A DNA stretch of 64,000 nt. Source: Candidatus Nomurabacteria bacterium (lineage in GTDB: Bacteria > Patescibacteriota > Minisyncoccia > Phycocordibacterales > SBAW01). The notes below the pieces were generated by a model. That model was not told the origin of the DNA, ran no database searches, and saw only the letters and a list, made by a program, of their open reading frames with translations. Shown one piece after another: positions 40,328-50,578 of this stretch. Within the stretch, counting starts at the first letter, position 1; every line of letters begins with the position of its first letter. The translations under genes and the position numbers were made by a program. The stretch is from positions 2,501 to 66,500 of the forward strand of contig CALQYT010000006.1 in the NCBI GenBank assembly GCA_943348815.1, given 5' to 3'.

Positions 40328-43144
40328 TTATTTCGGCACGTAGGCTCTTTCAAATTTATTTATGAGGCCTCTAGCTTCCAATTCTTGCTCTAGGCGATTC
40401 TGGAGTTCTTGCTGTCGGTAGAACTTTTCTTTTTCGATGTCTACGTTTTTTGCTTTTGCGCCAATCAATCCATACAAGAACTTCACAGCTCCGGATGTAT
40501 TCTGATCGCTTAACTTCCCGGCAGTGTTGTAGAACCTGCCAAGAGCGGTGTTTAAGAAGTGAAGCTTATAAGCATTGCCTCGATAACTGACTGAACCGTC
40601 TTTGTTTTTGTGTTCGGTTACTTCCAGCCAGTCTCTTAATCCCGGCACTGAATTCACGAACGGAAAGACTCTATTGTTTGCTTCAATAGGTTCGCCGGTG
40701 AAAAGGTTTTGCCCGGTGCCGACTTCGATTGGATATTTCAGGAGCGGAGATAGTTCACCGACCATGCTCGCCACAGTCCGTTTCGCATCTCCTTTCCAAA
40801 TGCGATTAATGTCTTCGACGGGCAGTCCCAGTCCGTAGAGGTATTGAGAGAAACCGTTCTTTTCACCAAGTCGGACCGGCAGACCCTCTCGCATGTAGGG
40901 CGGTAAGGCGGCGAACTCTTCTTTGGCTTTCTGTTTGTTGTCGCCCTGCAGATTTTCCAGAAGTTTACCGATTGCTCCGTACTTGCCGGGCTGTTTGGCC
41001 ATCTGCTCAAGCTGAAGTGGAATGTTGCCTCGTGTCCATCGGTAGAATGGCAACAGTCGCTTCATTACGTTTTGTTCAAAGCCGGTTAGGGCTTCGGGCG
41101 CATAGTCGAAGTGGAATTGAAATACCTGTTTTGCGGCTTGTTCGGGTGCGTCGCCTTTGATAAGACGATCCACGAACAATGGCAAACGTAATCTGTTTTC
41201 GACCACCTCCATCGCTTTTTTGGGCGTATCCATGAGTTTGGACACAGGGCCCTTACCAATGTCTTTTTCGACCTCACGCATCACATCCAAATACCCAGGC
41301 TGTCCGACGACTCCCAGTTTGTTGGCCAATTCACGGATTTGGCCATATGAGTATTTGGTGCCAAGTTTAGTGGTGATCGTCCCCTCAAGACCCCGAGCGA
41401 TCTGATCGCCTTGCAAATATCGTGCAGGACTCTTTACTCCAGCGAGCCAGTTGTTGAACACGCCACCAATAGAGTTTCTGGTGTGGAATGACGGAAACCA
41501 TCCGGTTACCGATCCTTTCCAAAAACCAAGTGCTTTGTCATAGAGACTTAGGAACTTCCTAGTGGCCTCCTCGTTGGTCAGAGTTTTATAAGTGTCATCT
41601 ACATGCTTTGCGATCTGTTCAGGTAGTAACGTTCCTTTGAGTTGTGGTACTGAGCTTTCGATATACCGGATGCCATTTTCAAAGATGGGTCTGATCGTTT
41701 CTTTGGTCGTCATCTTTCCAGTGATCGGATTTTTAATTTCTTTGGTGATGACTTCCGCTTGTCTGCCGAATTGCTGACCGACGTTGGTCAAAAAGTCATA
41801 AGTATTTACGGCCTTGATGTGTTCGGCCTTACGGGCGGCAAACGCTTTGAAAGCGTCGGGTTCAAAGAGCTGTACACCGTATCTGCCTTGGAAGTATTTG
41901 TTGATCCCTTCGATGGTGCCGTCCAACTGTCTGGTCTTTGCAAATGGATTTTTAACACGAAGCGGTTTGTTTAGTTCGGCCGTTATGTTCATGCCGGTCT
42001 TATTCAGGAAGTCACGGCCCTCGGGTGTGAGATAGTGTCGAACATAATCTGGTAATTCCGTATCTAGGATTCCTTTCTCTTTTTCTATCGTGGCAAAGTT
42101 CGCATGCTGGCCTCGGATATTTTCCATGATCGTGTCGATCACGCTCTTTGGGGCTTCAGCAACCTGAGCGGCTTCTTTTGCCACTGGGCTTTCAAGCATT
42201 TTGCCAATCTCAAGTCCTGCGGTATTGCCCAGCTCTTTTTTGGCTGTCTTACCGAGTGCGGCCGCTTCCTCGACAGCTTTGCTTACTTCGGCTCGGGTGC
42301 CTTTGCTGAATGCAGTAAACTTGTCGAGATATTCTTGGCCTATACCACCGGGCATTTCTTTAATGGCCTTGAATGGCACAAATGCTTTACCGGCCAAGTC
42401 TTTTGCGCCTTGGTAGAGTTTGCCGACAACCGGTGTCTTTTCAACGATAGTATCTGCGGCTCTGAACGGAGCGGTCACTGCGGCTCGGGGCAATATCTGT
42501 TTGCCCATAAACTTGAGGCCGTCTTTAGCGAGAAACTTTTCGCCGCCTTCCTCAAGAACTTTTACGGCTACTGCTTTTCGTCCGGCTTCCTCACCGAGCT
42601 TCAAGATCGAGTCTTTAAGAAGGGTCGTACCGGCTTTGCTCAACGCCACCTCGCCAGCTTTGGTTGCCAATTTAGCTTCGGCCCCATAACCGAATGTTAT
42701 ATATGTAGTCGGATCAAGGAGCACGTCGGCAATAAAGCCACCGATAGGATTCTTAATGCCTAGAGCTTCGGACGGTAGTGTACGTTCTTTTATACCCCTC
42801 ATTATTCCTTTGCCACTGATAAGACCGCCGACTGCGTATGCTCCGGTGTTGAGTAAGTGGAGGAGTCGTTGCAGGACAGATTCTTTCGGCTGGGCGTTGG
42901 AAACATCCACACCTTGTTGAGCGGCGTAATCTTGAAGTCCAGCGACCGTTGTGACTTTCGGCTTGGCCGCAGGAGTGGAGGAATCGCTTGGCATCATCGT
43001 GTACTTGCCACTGGCATCCTTGCCGTACTTCATTCCCGATCCAGAGCTGGGTTCGGCAACCTTAATCGGCGCAACGGGTTTTATTGCCTGTACCGCATCG
43101 GTTCGTATGTACTTTCCAGTTGTAGGGTCTTTAACGTAGGCCAT
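40328..43144 (-). CDS. Large internal virion/ejection-type protein
   Basis: About 938 aa from MAYVKD; DVLLDPTTY, P.FH.RN, LLPFYRW, P.LK..IE..TG.NLFTG.PI (LPD38-like by recall). Confidence 0.7.
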   Translation of the reverse strand: MAYVKDPTTGKYIRTDAVQAIKPVAPIKVAEPSSGSGMKYGKDASGKYTMMPSDSSTPAAKPKVTTVAGLQDYAAQQGVDVSNAQPKESVLQRLLHLLNTGAYAVGGLISGKGIMRGIKERTLPSEALGIKNPIGGFIADVLLDPTTYITFGYGAEAKLATKAGEVALSKAGTTLLKDSILKLGEEAGRKAVAVKVLEEGGEKFLAKDGLKFMGKQILPRAAVTAPFRAADTIVEKTPVVGKLYQGAKDLAGKAFVPFKAIKEMPGGIGQEYLDKFTAFSKGTRAEVSKAVEEAAALGKTAKKELGNTAGLEIGKMLESPVAKEAAQVAEAPKSVIDTIMENIRGQHANFATIEKEKGILDTELPDYVRHYLTPEGRDFLNKTGMNITAELNKPLRVKNPFAKTRQLDGTIEGINKYFQGRYGVQLFEPDAFKAFAARKAEHIKAVNTYDFLTNVGQQFGRQAEVITKEIKNPITGKMTTKETIRPIFENGIRYIESSVPQLKGTLLPEQIAKHVDDTYKTLTNEEATRKFLSLYDKALGFWKGSVTGWFPSFHTRNSIGGVFNNWLAGVKSPARYLQGDQIARGLEGTITTKLGTKYSYGQIRELANKLGVVGQPGYLDVMREVEKDIGKGPVSKLMDTPKKAMEVVENRLRLPLFVDRLIKGDAPEQAAKQVFQFHFDYAPEALTGFEQNVMKRLLPFYRWTRGNIPLQLEQMAKQPGKYGAIGKLLENLQGDNKQKAKEEFAALPPYMREGLPVRLGEKNGFSQYLYGLGLPVEDINRIWKGDAKRTVASMVGELSPLLKYPIEVGTGQNLFTGEPIEANNRVFPFVNSVPGLRDWLEVTEHKNKDGSVSYRGNAYKLHFLNTALGRFYNTAGKLSDQNTSGAVKFLYGLIGAKAKNVDIEKEKFYRQQELQNRLEQELEARGLINKFERAYVPK

Positions 43145-43148
43145 ATTT

Positions 43149-44468
43149 TTATTTACCGAATAACCCCTTGAAGAAGTTCTTTGTGCTGGTGTATCCGGAC
43201 TTCGCAAGGCTCGGTATCTTTTGCGTGAACACGTCTTTAACTCCAGCACCAAAGTCGTGAGCTGTTAGCGGCGGTTGTTGTGGTTGCGAGGCGGCGGCCG
43301 CTTGATCTGCGGCGTTTGCGTCATTTACGATCTGATCTCTCTTAGCCAACACCTGACCTCGAATGTTTTGCGGCACATTGGCTATTGAGAAGTTTGGGTT
43401 ATTGAGGAGTTCGAGTGCGTAGGATTCCACGTCACTTGTATCTCCACCGGCTCCAGAACCGCTCGCCGTCTTTCGCCCCACTACCTTTGTCCCGCCGATG
43501 TCATAGGTGGTTCCGGCCGGTGTGCTGTTGGCCAGATTTGCGAGTTTAATTGCTCGGTCGATCACGTCTTGAGCATTTTTCTTTTCTTGCTCTTTGCCAT
43601 ACTTGGCGGCATCGATAATATTGGCTACATCTTTTTCTGATGCGCCAAATACTTGGCTTAGGAGATTGCCGAGTATGCTGTATTGATCCTTTTGGAAGCC
43701 GAGTGTTTTTTCTGCAACGTTGAGTGGAAGCGTTGAATCCTCGTATGCCATACCGGCCGCATCTTTGGCAGAGGCATCGGCTACTCCGAGTTTATTTGCC
43801 AGCTGATTACGTTCGGACAGAAGTTTTCGGTATTCATCAATGAGCGGATTCTTTTCTGATGCGACTAGCCGTTGCGTCTGACTTTCGGTCACAAGACCGC
43901 CGCTTTGTATCGTTCGGTCACGGATATCTTTTTCAGAAGCATTAATAGCTTCCTCCATCTTTGCGAGCCGATCATCCAAGCTCTGCAAATTTGTCTGCAT
44001 CTGATCGATGCCTCGGTTCGCACGTTCGGTTTTATAGAGGTCTCCTTTTTTCGGCAGATTTTTGAGCGTATCGAGGTAGGAAGTCTGGCTATCCTGCATG
44101 CTTTTGAGAGCGGTATCGAGTCCCAGGTCGGACCGGTATTTTTGGAGCAAAGAGGTGTTAGAAGGCACGTCAGCTCCATAAAGGCTGTTATTGGCTGGGG
44201 CTGGGCTCGTCCCCGGGCTCGAAATTTGGTCAACACGGGTGGTTACGGGGGTAGAAGGTGTCACAGGTGCAGGCTGGGGTGAACCGCTCGCCCCCGGGGC
44301 AACGGGCGTGGGTTTCGGTATTTCGGGCAAGTTCAAGGGCGATCCGGCGTAGATCAGGTTCGGATTCTTGATGGTTGGGTTGGCCTTAAGCAGGGCATCT
44401 ACGGTTGTCCCTTGCTGTTTGGCGATTCCCGATAAGGTTTGACCTTTTTGGATGGTTATTGTTGCCAT
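43149..44468 (-). CDS. LysM-domain virion protein with coiled coil
   Basis: IQKGQTLSGIA...GTTVDALLKANP.IKNPNLIYAG..L.LP. Confidence 0.85.
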   Translation of the reverse strand: MATITIQKGQTLSGIAKQQGTTVDALLKANPTIKNPNLIYAGSPLNLPEIPKPTPVAPGASGSPQPAPVTPSTPVTTRVDQISSPGTSPAPANNSLYGADVPSNTSLLQKYRSDLGLDTALKSMQDSQTSYLDTLKNLPKKGDLYKTERANRGIDQMQTNLQSLDDRLAKMEEAINASEKDIRDRTIQSGGLVTESQTQRLVASEKNPLIDEYRKLLSERNQLANKLGVADASAKDAAGMAYEDSTLPLNVAEKTLGFQKDQYSILGNLLSQVFGASEKDVANIIDAAKYGKEQEKKNAQDVIDRAIKLANLANSTPAGTTYDIGGTKVVGRKTASGSGAGGDTSDVESYALELLNNPNFSIANVPQNIRGQVLAKRDQIVNDANAADQAAAASQPQQPPLTAHDFGAGVKDVFTQKIPSLAKSGYTSTKNFFKGLFGK

Positions 44469-44472
44469 AGGT

Positions 44473-44667
44473 TTAAGTCAGGGTTACGTATCTCCAGTTG
44501 CCGTTGAAAAAGATATAAAACCGTCTCACGCCTCCACTGTCATAGAGGGCAAAACTTATCGGTGTCCTCGGTGTATCAGTCGGCGCGACGTCGAGAATGG
44601 GGATGTCACGAAGGAGCCTTAGGATCGACCCCAAATTCGGATCATTGATGTTTTTATCTTCGTTCAT
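44473..44667 (-). CDS. Phage hypothetical protein
   Basis: 64 aa, tightly packed in the operon. Confidence 0.7.
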   Translation of the reverse strand: MNEDKNINDPNLGSILRLLRDIPILDVAPTDTPRTPISFALYDSGGVRRFYIFFNGNWRYVTLT

Positions 44668-44672
44668 GGTGA

Positions 44673-44963
44673 TTATGGTAGGTTTTTAAACTCGTCCAAG
44701 ACCTCATTAATCTGGTCGAGTTGCGTTTTGAATTTGGCCATAGTGACCTCGATGTCCTCTTTTTCTTTTTGCAATGCAGGAATGTTGATCACTGTTACGT
44801 CTGGGCGTGAATCAATTTTTTTCACGTTATCGTCATCTATTTTCTCCAACGTGAACTTTTTCTTTATTTCCGTTGGAGGTGGCGTTACCACCGGCTCTGG
44901 TTTGGGTTCGACTGGGGCCGGAGTCGCATCTGCTGTATTTGGTGTTGTTGTTTCGTCGGGCAT
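44673..44963 (-). CDS. Phage hypothetical protein (Pro-rich N-terminus, coiled-coil C-terminus)
   Basis: 96 aa, in the operon. Confidence 0.7.
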   Translation of the reverse strand: MPDETTTPNTADATPAPVEPKPEPVVTPPPTEIKKKFTLEKIDDDNVKKIDSRPDVTVINIPALQKEKEDIEVTMAKFKTQLDQINEVLDEFKNLP

Positions 44964-44970
44964 ATATTTT

Positions 44971-46716
44971 TTATTTAATTATTCGATCAGGGATGTATAC
45001 GGTTGAGATATCGGAAATTCCCATATCCCACTCGCCAATAAATCCCGATGGTGACCAGACCTCAATTTTTAACTGAATCTTTTTCGACCTCGCATTGAAC
45101 CGGAGCAGTTTGTTAACTGCCGCCGGATAATCACTCCCCTTGAGAGTGGCGATCTTTTTAAATGAGGAGAGCAAAATGTAGGAGTTGCTGTCGTAGCTCT
45201 CGCCGTTGTAGAGCGTTTCGTCCACATAGATTCTCTTGAGCGTAGTGTCGATCGATGCGACATGTCTTATTTGCCCCGCACCGCCACCGGAGAGCACTGT
45301 TATTTCATCGCCGACTTCGTAGTAAGGCGGCGAACCCGGCAGAAATGAGAGATCAAAATAAGTGCTCGAACCTCCTAGGGCGTACTGAGTATATTTTTGA
45401 TATTGCTCGGTGGTGTTGTACTTGATCACTATTCTTGCAAAGCTTGTGTTCACTAGTGGTTTCCAAAAGTTAAGGATCACTTGCTTAAATCGTTTACGCA
45501 GATACGGTTCATCATCGAGAAGTGGCGTTACGAGAATTGCTCCCCAGTTGTACGGCCGCGCAGTGCCTTGATCCATCGAAGCGTCGATGACATACGCTCC
45601 GGAGCCGCCGCCTTTGTACCAAGCGGCTCGGAAAATATTGCCACCAGTATCGACAAGAATGCTTCCAACACTGATCACGCCAAAGCCACTTATGTTCGTA
45701 GTAGCGTTGTTCGACATCGTGTGTTTGAAATACAAAGCCCTTGTTACTGGGTTGAAGACCCAAATGCCACCGGGCAGGAATCGTTTGGACATGTCGTATC
45801 CGCTCGCACCTTTTCCGATCAGAATTAATCCTTGGAAAACTTTGACTGCGTCCGGATTGATGTTTATAAGGCTGGCGTAGTTAGCATCAAGCTGAATGTC
45901 CGGGAATCGTGCGAGCTTTATAAGTCCAACGCCGTTGAATGCATTGATCCAGCCATCACCAGTTATCACGTAGAGCGTGTTCTTATCGACTACACCGGCT
46001 AGAGCTCGGACTTGTGGTAGTTGGATTACTCGGTTGTAGGTTTGTGAGTAACCGTCCCAGAAAAAGAGGGCTGATCCGAAGGCGTTATGGTGAGCACAAA
46101 TGACGAGATAGTCGGTAAGCGGTTGAAGCCACTTGATCTTGTATCCGAGTGGCAGGGTGATACGAGTTGAATTCCACGTTCCAGCTCCTTGATCCCATAC
46201 GGCCAAGTATCTTTGGTTTCCGAAGCAGACGAATTTTAGAAACTTATTTATCGGACACAATTCGGCATTGTTCGATACAGCAAAACTCTGCCATGAGTCA
46301 TTCCATGTCGCGGCATTGGCATCGTATCTACCGGCGTATCCGTTTGAGGCGAAGTATAAATATCCTTTCTCGACGTAATTATCGATTTGGCTGTCACCGA
46401 ACAGTCCTAAACCTCCCCAAGCGTTCACGTTGTCATGAACTTCCGTCCAGCTCGGGTAGTTGTAGCGGAATATCTTGCCGTCGAGCATGTTGTTGACGTA
46501 GTTTGTGTTGTCAAAAATTGTGCCCCAGTACACATCAGCCAGCGTGGGAACTGATGCGCTGTCGGCTTCCTTGATCATCTTTGATGCCACTCGCAGGTAT
46601 GGTGGTGATGCTTCAAAGTCCAGTCCTTGTGACCACCAGAACATGCCTTCGGCATTGAGATTACCCAGTCCGAGGTGAAAGCGTGATATTTTCCAAATTT
46701 TCTTTGCGAGTGACAT
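44971..46716 (-). CDS. Putative tail nozzle/stabilisation protein (beta-propeller-like)
   Basis: 581 aa, beta-rich, follows the adaptor gene as in podoviruses. Confidence 0.6.
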   Translation of the reverse strand: MSLAKKIWKISRFHLGLGNLNAEGMFWWSQGLDFEASPPYLRVASKMIKEADSASVPTLADVYWGTIFDNTNYVNNMLDGKIFRYNYPSWTEVHDNVNAWGGLGLFGDSQIDNYVEKGYLYFASNGYAGRYDANAATWNDSWQSFAVSNNAELCPINKFLKFVCFGNQRYLAVWDQGAGTWNSTRITLPLGYKIKWLQPLTDYLVICAHHNAFGSALFFWDGYSQTYNRVIQLPQVRALAGVVDKNTLYVITGDGWINAFNGVGLIKLARFPDIQLDANYASLININPDAVKVFQGLILIGKGASGYDMSKRFLPGGIWVFNPVTRALYFKHTMSNNATTNISGFGVISVGSILVDTGGNIFRAAWYKGGGSGAYVIDASMDQGTARPYNWGAILVTPLLDDEPYLRKRFKQVILNFWKPLVNTSFARIVIKYNTTEQYQKYTQYALGGSSTYFDLSFLPGSPPYYEVGDEITVLSGGGAGQIRHVASIDTTLKRIYVDETLYNGESYDSNSYILLSSFKKIATLKGSDYPAAVNKLLRFNARSKKIQLKIEVWSPSGFIGEWDMGISDISTVYIPDRIIK

Positions 46717-46723
46717 GGTGGTT

Positions 46724-47356
46724 TTATACGAGACTGCTTCTTGGTATCTCGGCTTGATCAGAAGCCGCGGCCATTCGAGCGATCTCTTGGTCTCGCCATT
46801 TGCCGATCATGATTTTCTCAAAGTTATTTTCTGCTTGGCGTTCAAGCTCGGTGTCGCCTTGCTGGTTGTAGTACATTTTTTTGCCCCATTCGACGTAGGC
46901 TTGGTGGTAGAGCTTTTCTACTTCCGGCTCGTCATTGTCGGAGGCAAAGTCGTCTGAGATCCGCACAAACACCAAATTCATGCTGTCGCCGTCTTTGGTC
47001 GGTATTGCTATCGGGTAAAACGAACCGCCGAGCAGGTAGACTGCGTGGTTGGTGTAGTCGCTTCGTTTTCGGAAGTCGACCAGCTTATAGGGTTGAGTGT
47101 CAGTGCCGACTCTTAATTCCATGAACGCTCGAAAGTTTTCGGGGACCGGGTATCTTGTCTGATTAGCAACAGTCGTGTACGGCTGTTCGGTCTTGAGATA
47201 GTCCCAGTAATCGAATGATTGGTTTTGATCGTTTGCTGGTCGCCAACCCTGAACCTTTTCATCGGCTTTCTGCACCCACGTGTTGAGCAGTGTGTCATCA
47301 ACAGTCTGGTCGTCGACTTCGTTCTTGATTGCTTTTTTAATGTCGCCTCTGGTCAT
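46724..47356 (-). CDS. Putative head-tail adaptor (tail tubular protein A-like)
   Basis: 210 aa; TVANQTRYPVP.NF, YPI..P, D.PE....YH. Confidence 0.65.
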   Translation of the reverse strand: MTRGDIKKAIKNEVDDQTVDDTLLNTWVQKADEKVQGWRPANDQNQSFDYWDYLKTEQPYTTVANQTRYPVPENFRAFMELRVGTDTQPYKLVDFRKRSDYTNHAVYLLGGSFYPIAIPTKDGDSMNLVFVRISDDFASDNDEPEVEKLYHQAYVEWGKKMYYNQQGDTELERQAENNFEKIMIGKWRDQEIARMAAASDQAEIPRSSLV

Positions 47357-47361
47357 AGATT

Positions 47362-47676
47362 TTAGATGTCATCACGGATGATGATTGATAGTTGTTTGTA
47401 GCCGGTCTGGATTTTGCCGTCCGGAAACGTAACCTCGACCTCACCGAGATACGTTGCGACCGTGTTGGTGTCCGAAGATGTCCAGCTGTACCGGCATTTG
47501 CCCTTGAGGGCATCGGTAATGGTGCAGGTTGCGCCGTTGATCTTTACGGATCCCGTGGTTGCGTCCTTCATGTAAAACTTCACCGTGCATCCAGTTAAAT
47601 CCACCGGCGCACCATCTTGGGTGAGGGTGAATTCGAGTGGAGGACGAGTGTCGTTTTGTACGATTTTTATGCTCAT
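47362..47676 (-). CDS. BppU N-terminal-like Ig-fold virion protein
   Basis: QNDTRP.L...L..DG.PVDLTG.TV.F.M...G.C.Y.W...DT.....Y.GE.EVTF.DG.IQT. Confidence 0.75.
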   Translation of the reverse strand: MSIKIVQNDTRPPLEFTLTQDGAPVDLTGCTVKFYMKDATTGSVKINGATCTITDALKGKCRYSWTSSDTNTVATYLGEVEVTFPDGKIQTGYKQLSIIIRDDI

Positions 47677-49016
47677 AGGTTTATGTCTTGTTTCTTTCCC
47701 GGCAAAGCCACATCTGTCTTTGCGGTTTGCAGTTGCTGATCTTGCCGAGCCGTTTTGACCTCAACGCCTGGCTTGGCAGTGGTAAGTCCCAATGTCTCTC
47801 TGGCCGAGAGCATCAGGATTGATAATTTCGCCGATACGAGCTGGATCGCAATCTTTACACCAGCAGGAATTTTCCAGATATCCCACACGTACCGCAGTGT
47901 CTTGGCTATCAGTCCTTGGATGTCCAGCAGATATGTCCATTGCTTGCCGAGCGTGATCAGGATGTCGAATCGGTACGTCCACGTTTTATTCAGAGTGATG
48001 AGGATGTCCATCACATAGTTCATGGACTTCGTTGCAAACTGGCGTATGTCGAGGAGGTAGGTCTCGATCTTTGCTATAAGAATTCTGATATCAAGCTTGT
48101 ACGTTTCAACCCTGGTCACGAGTGCATTGATATCGAGCTTATAGATCAGGGTTCGGGCAACGAAGCTGGTAATGTCAAACAGATACGTCACCTGCTTTTG
48201 CACGTTCAGCAAAATGTCAGACAAGTACGTTTCTATTTTTGCGATGAGATTCCGGACGTCGAGAACGTAGCGGAGATTCTTTGTCGCAAGGTTTCTGATA
48301 TCCAGCACATATGTCCATGCCTTTGACGCAAGACCTCTTATGTCGAGGAGATATGTCATGGTCTCGTTGGCCAAGTTTCGGATATCCAGTTTGTAGGTCA
48401 GCATCTTTGCGACTGCATCACCAACGTCGAACAGGTATGTTTCAATCTTTGTTGCAAGATTGCGGATGTCGAATTGGTAGATGGTCGTTCGGATTGCAGA
48501 CAGGAAGTTGTCGAACTTGTACGTCCACTGTTTTCCTAGCGTGATCAAAATGTCGAGCAAGTAGTTTGGATACTTTGCGATCAGGTTTTGGATGTCCAGC
48601 TTATAAGTCATTGTCTTGAAAGCTCCCCCGATGATGTCGAACACGTAGGTTATCGTCTTTGTTGCTTGAATGAATTCGTCTAGCAGGTACGTTACGGTTT
48701 TCGTTGCCAAGTTCCGGATGTCTAAGATGTAGGTCAATGCTTTCGTCGCTAGGTTTCTGATATCGAGTACATATATCAGGGATTTCGTTGCAAGATTCCA
48801 AGCATCGAACAGATAGGCCTCAACCTTTGTCACAAGATTCCGAATGTCGAGGACGTATGTCCTCACGTTCAGCACAGTGATGAATTCGTCGAAAAGATAC
48901 CTGATCGTTTTTGCTACCAATCCAAACAGGTCGAGCACATAGCTCACGTTCTTATTCACCGGGCTTGACCCAGTATTGTTAAGTTGTGCCGTGTTGAATT
49001 GATAGGAGTTGAGCAT
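47673..49016 (-). CDS. Fibre-like virion protein with 26 tandem 14-aa YxxD repeats
   Basis: Consensus YxLDIRNLATKxxT repeated without indels. Confidence 0.8.
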   Translation of the reverse strand: MLNSYQFNTAQLNNTGSSPVNKNVSYVLDLFGLVAKTIRYLFDEFITVLNVRTYVLDIRNLVTKVEAYLFDAWNLATKSLIYVLDIRNLATKALTYILDIRNLATKTVTYLLDEFIQATKTITYVFDIIGGAFKTMTYKLDIQNLIAKYPNYLLDILITLGKQWTYKFDNFLSAIRTTIYQFDIRNLATKIETYLFDVGDAVAKMLTYKLDIRNLANETMTYLLDIRGLASKAWTYVLDIRNLATKNLRYVLDVRNLIAKIETYLSDILLNVQKQVTYLFDITSFVARTLIYKLDINALVTRVETYKLDIRILIAKIETYLLDIRQFATKSMNYVMDILITLNKTWTYRFDILITLGKQWTYLLDIQGLIAKTLRYVWDIWKIPAGVKIAIQLVSAKLSILMLSARETLGLTTAKPGVEVKTARQDQQLQTAKTDVALPGKKQDINL

Positions 49017-49022
49017 AAGCGT

Positions 49023-50564
49023 TTATCCTGTTGCTGGTATGTTTGTTCCCCGCACGGAGTTGGTGCCTTGCAGTGAGATTTGAGCAGTGACGGCGTCTTT
49101 GCACACGTTGCCGATCACCAAGTTGAAATCATCGCCGGTGGCATTCTCTCGGATGTGGTATGCAACCTTATTCGCCGCGGCCGCTTGGCAGTTGTTGCCG
49201 ATAACCGTGTTGTAGGTCGAAAAGGTGGTGCCGTTATCATCGAGAAAAATGTCGCTATAGGTGTTATTCGTTCCTGTACCGTTATCAATCAGCATGTTGC
49301 TGGAGATGACATTCTTGGACCCACGGATTCTGATGGCGTGTAGTGCGGTTGAGCGAATGGTATTGCCGACAATGGCGTTTTGATTCGCACCAGCTTGCAT
49401 ATAAATCGCTTCTTGGTTTGCGAGATAAATGCTGTTGCCACTTATCGTGTTGCCGATCACGTTTGAGTCGGCCGCTCCCAAGATTGCTCGATATGGCTGG
49501 TAGAAGCTGTTACCAGTAATCGCGGTTCTTGCAGTGCTGGCCGCCAGATAAACGCCAGTTTGGAAGAAAGCAACACTTCCAAACCAATTGGCGGATACGT
49601 TGAAGTTCACGACGCCGTTCAAATACACACCGTAGGAAGTGTTATCAATAAACACATTGCCGGTGACGTTGTTGTAGTGTGCGTTTGAATAAACACCGTA
49701 TAAGTTGTGAATTAGGACATTGCCGATAATATCGTTGGTTTGCGAGCTCGAGAAAATGCCTATGCCAGCACCGCCGGTATTTTCATCGATGATATTATTT
49801 TCAATGATACTTTTATCGGCAAAGATTAATTTCAGGCAATCCAATAAGCAATTGGTGAGCCGACACCCTCTCACGATATTTCTCAGAGATTTTGTGCCAG
49901 ATGAGCCGTATAGCACGATGGCCGCTCCGAGAGATGTTTGGTTAGCTCTATTGCCGTCCACCGTTAAGTCCTCGACCACGCAGTCGTTGACGATAGTAGT
50001 TCCGTTGCCGACTTGAATCATGTCGACGTTGGTTGAGTTGGCTAAGGTGATCTTGGTTGATTTTCCTTCGCCTCGCAGGATGACGTTGCTTTTCAAGATG
50101 TTGATGTTCCCAGCAATCGTGTACGTTCCTTTTTTGAGTACGACCACGCCGCCACCCGACGGCAGATTGCTTATCGCTTCATTGATCTCGGATTCGTCAG
50201 CTGTACCGTCGGTGTTGTAATCGCCGGAGCCGTCAGTGGCTACGATCACCTCTGTTCTTGCTTGGAAGTCGTCAAAGAGCTGGGCAGTCACCAACAGTTC
50301 AATGTGTGCATTCTGTGCCCACGACTGGGCGGTAGTTCCTTCTTTGGCTCTCACAATCGTGAAAGCGTCCGTAGACTTTGCGGTAACTCTTACAATCTCC
50401 CCAAGTGCCGCGTCAGTCGTGTAGAGTGTGGCGTGAAATGGGACGGCTGGAAACTTCGCACCATCGCCAGTCTGCACGTTCAAAGTCGTCGCTCCCGATC
50501 CGAGAGGATTGTCAGTGATCGTGCTCTTGGCATTGTTCTTTTTGGTGAGGAAAGTTTTAGCCAT
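49023..50564 (-). CDS. Tail spike with right-handed beta-helix (pectate-lyase/NosD-like)
   Basis: INEAI..L..GGG.V.L..GTY, DGN.ANQ, many (I/V)xGN repeats. Confidence 0.85.
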   Translation of the reverse strand: MAKTFLTKKNNAKSTITDNPLGSGATTLNVQTGDGAKFPAVPFHATLYTTDAALGEIVRVTAKSTDAFTIVRAKEGTTAQSWAQNAHIELLVTAQLFDDFQARTEVIVATDGSGDYNTDGTADESEINEAISNLPSGGGVVVLKKGTYTIAGNINILKSNVILRGEGKSTKITLANSTNVDMIQVGNGTTIVNDCVVEDLTVDGNRANQTSLGAAIVLYGSSGTKSLRNIVRGCRLTNCLLDCLKLIFADKSIIENNIIDENTGGAGIGIFSSSQTNDIIGNVLIHNLYGVYSNAHYNNVTGNVFIDNTSYGVYLNGVVNFNVSANWFGSVAFFQTGVYLAASTARTAITGNSFYQPYRAILGAADSNVIGNTISGNSIYLANQEAIYMQAGANQNAIVGNTIRSTALHAIRIRGSKNVISSNMLIDNGTGTNNTYSDIFLDDNGTTFSTYNTVIGNNCQAAAANKVAYHIRENATGDDFNLVIGNVCKDAVTAQISLQGTNSVRGTNIPATG

Positions 50565-50578
50565 AGGTTATAAGTTCT

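Noticed and set aside
47673-50564. Diversity-generating retroelement acting on tail genes
   Set aside because: No reverse transcriptase and no TR/VR pair differing at adenines seen in this window.
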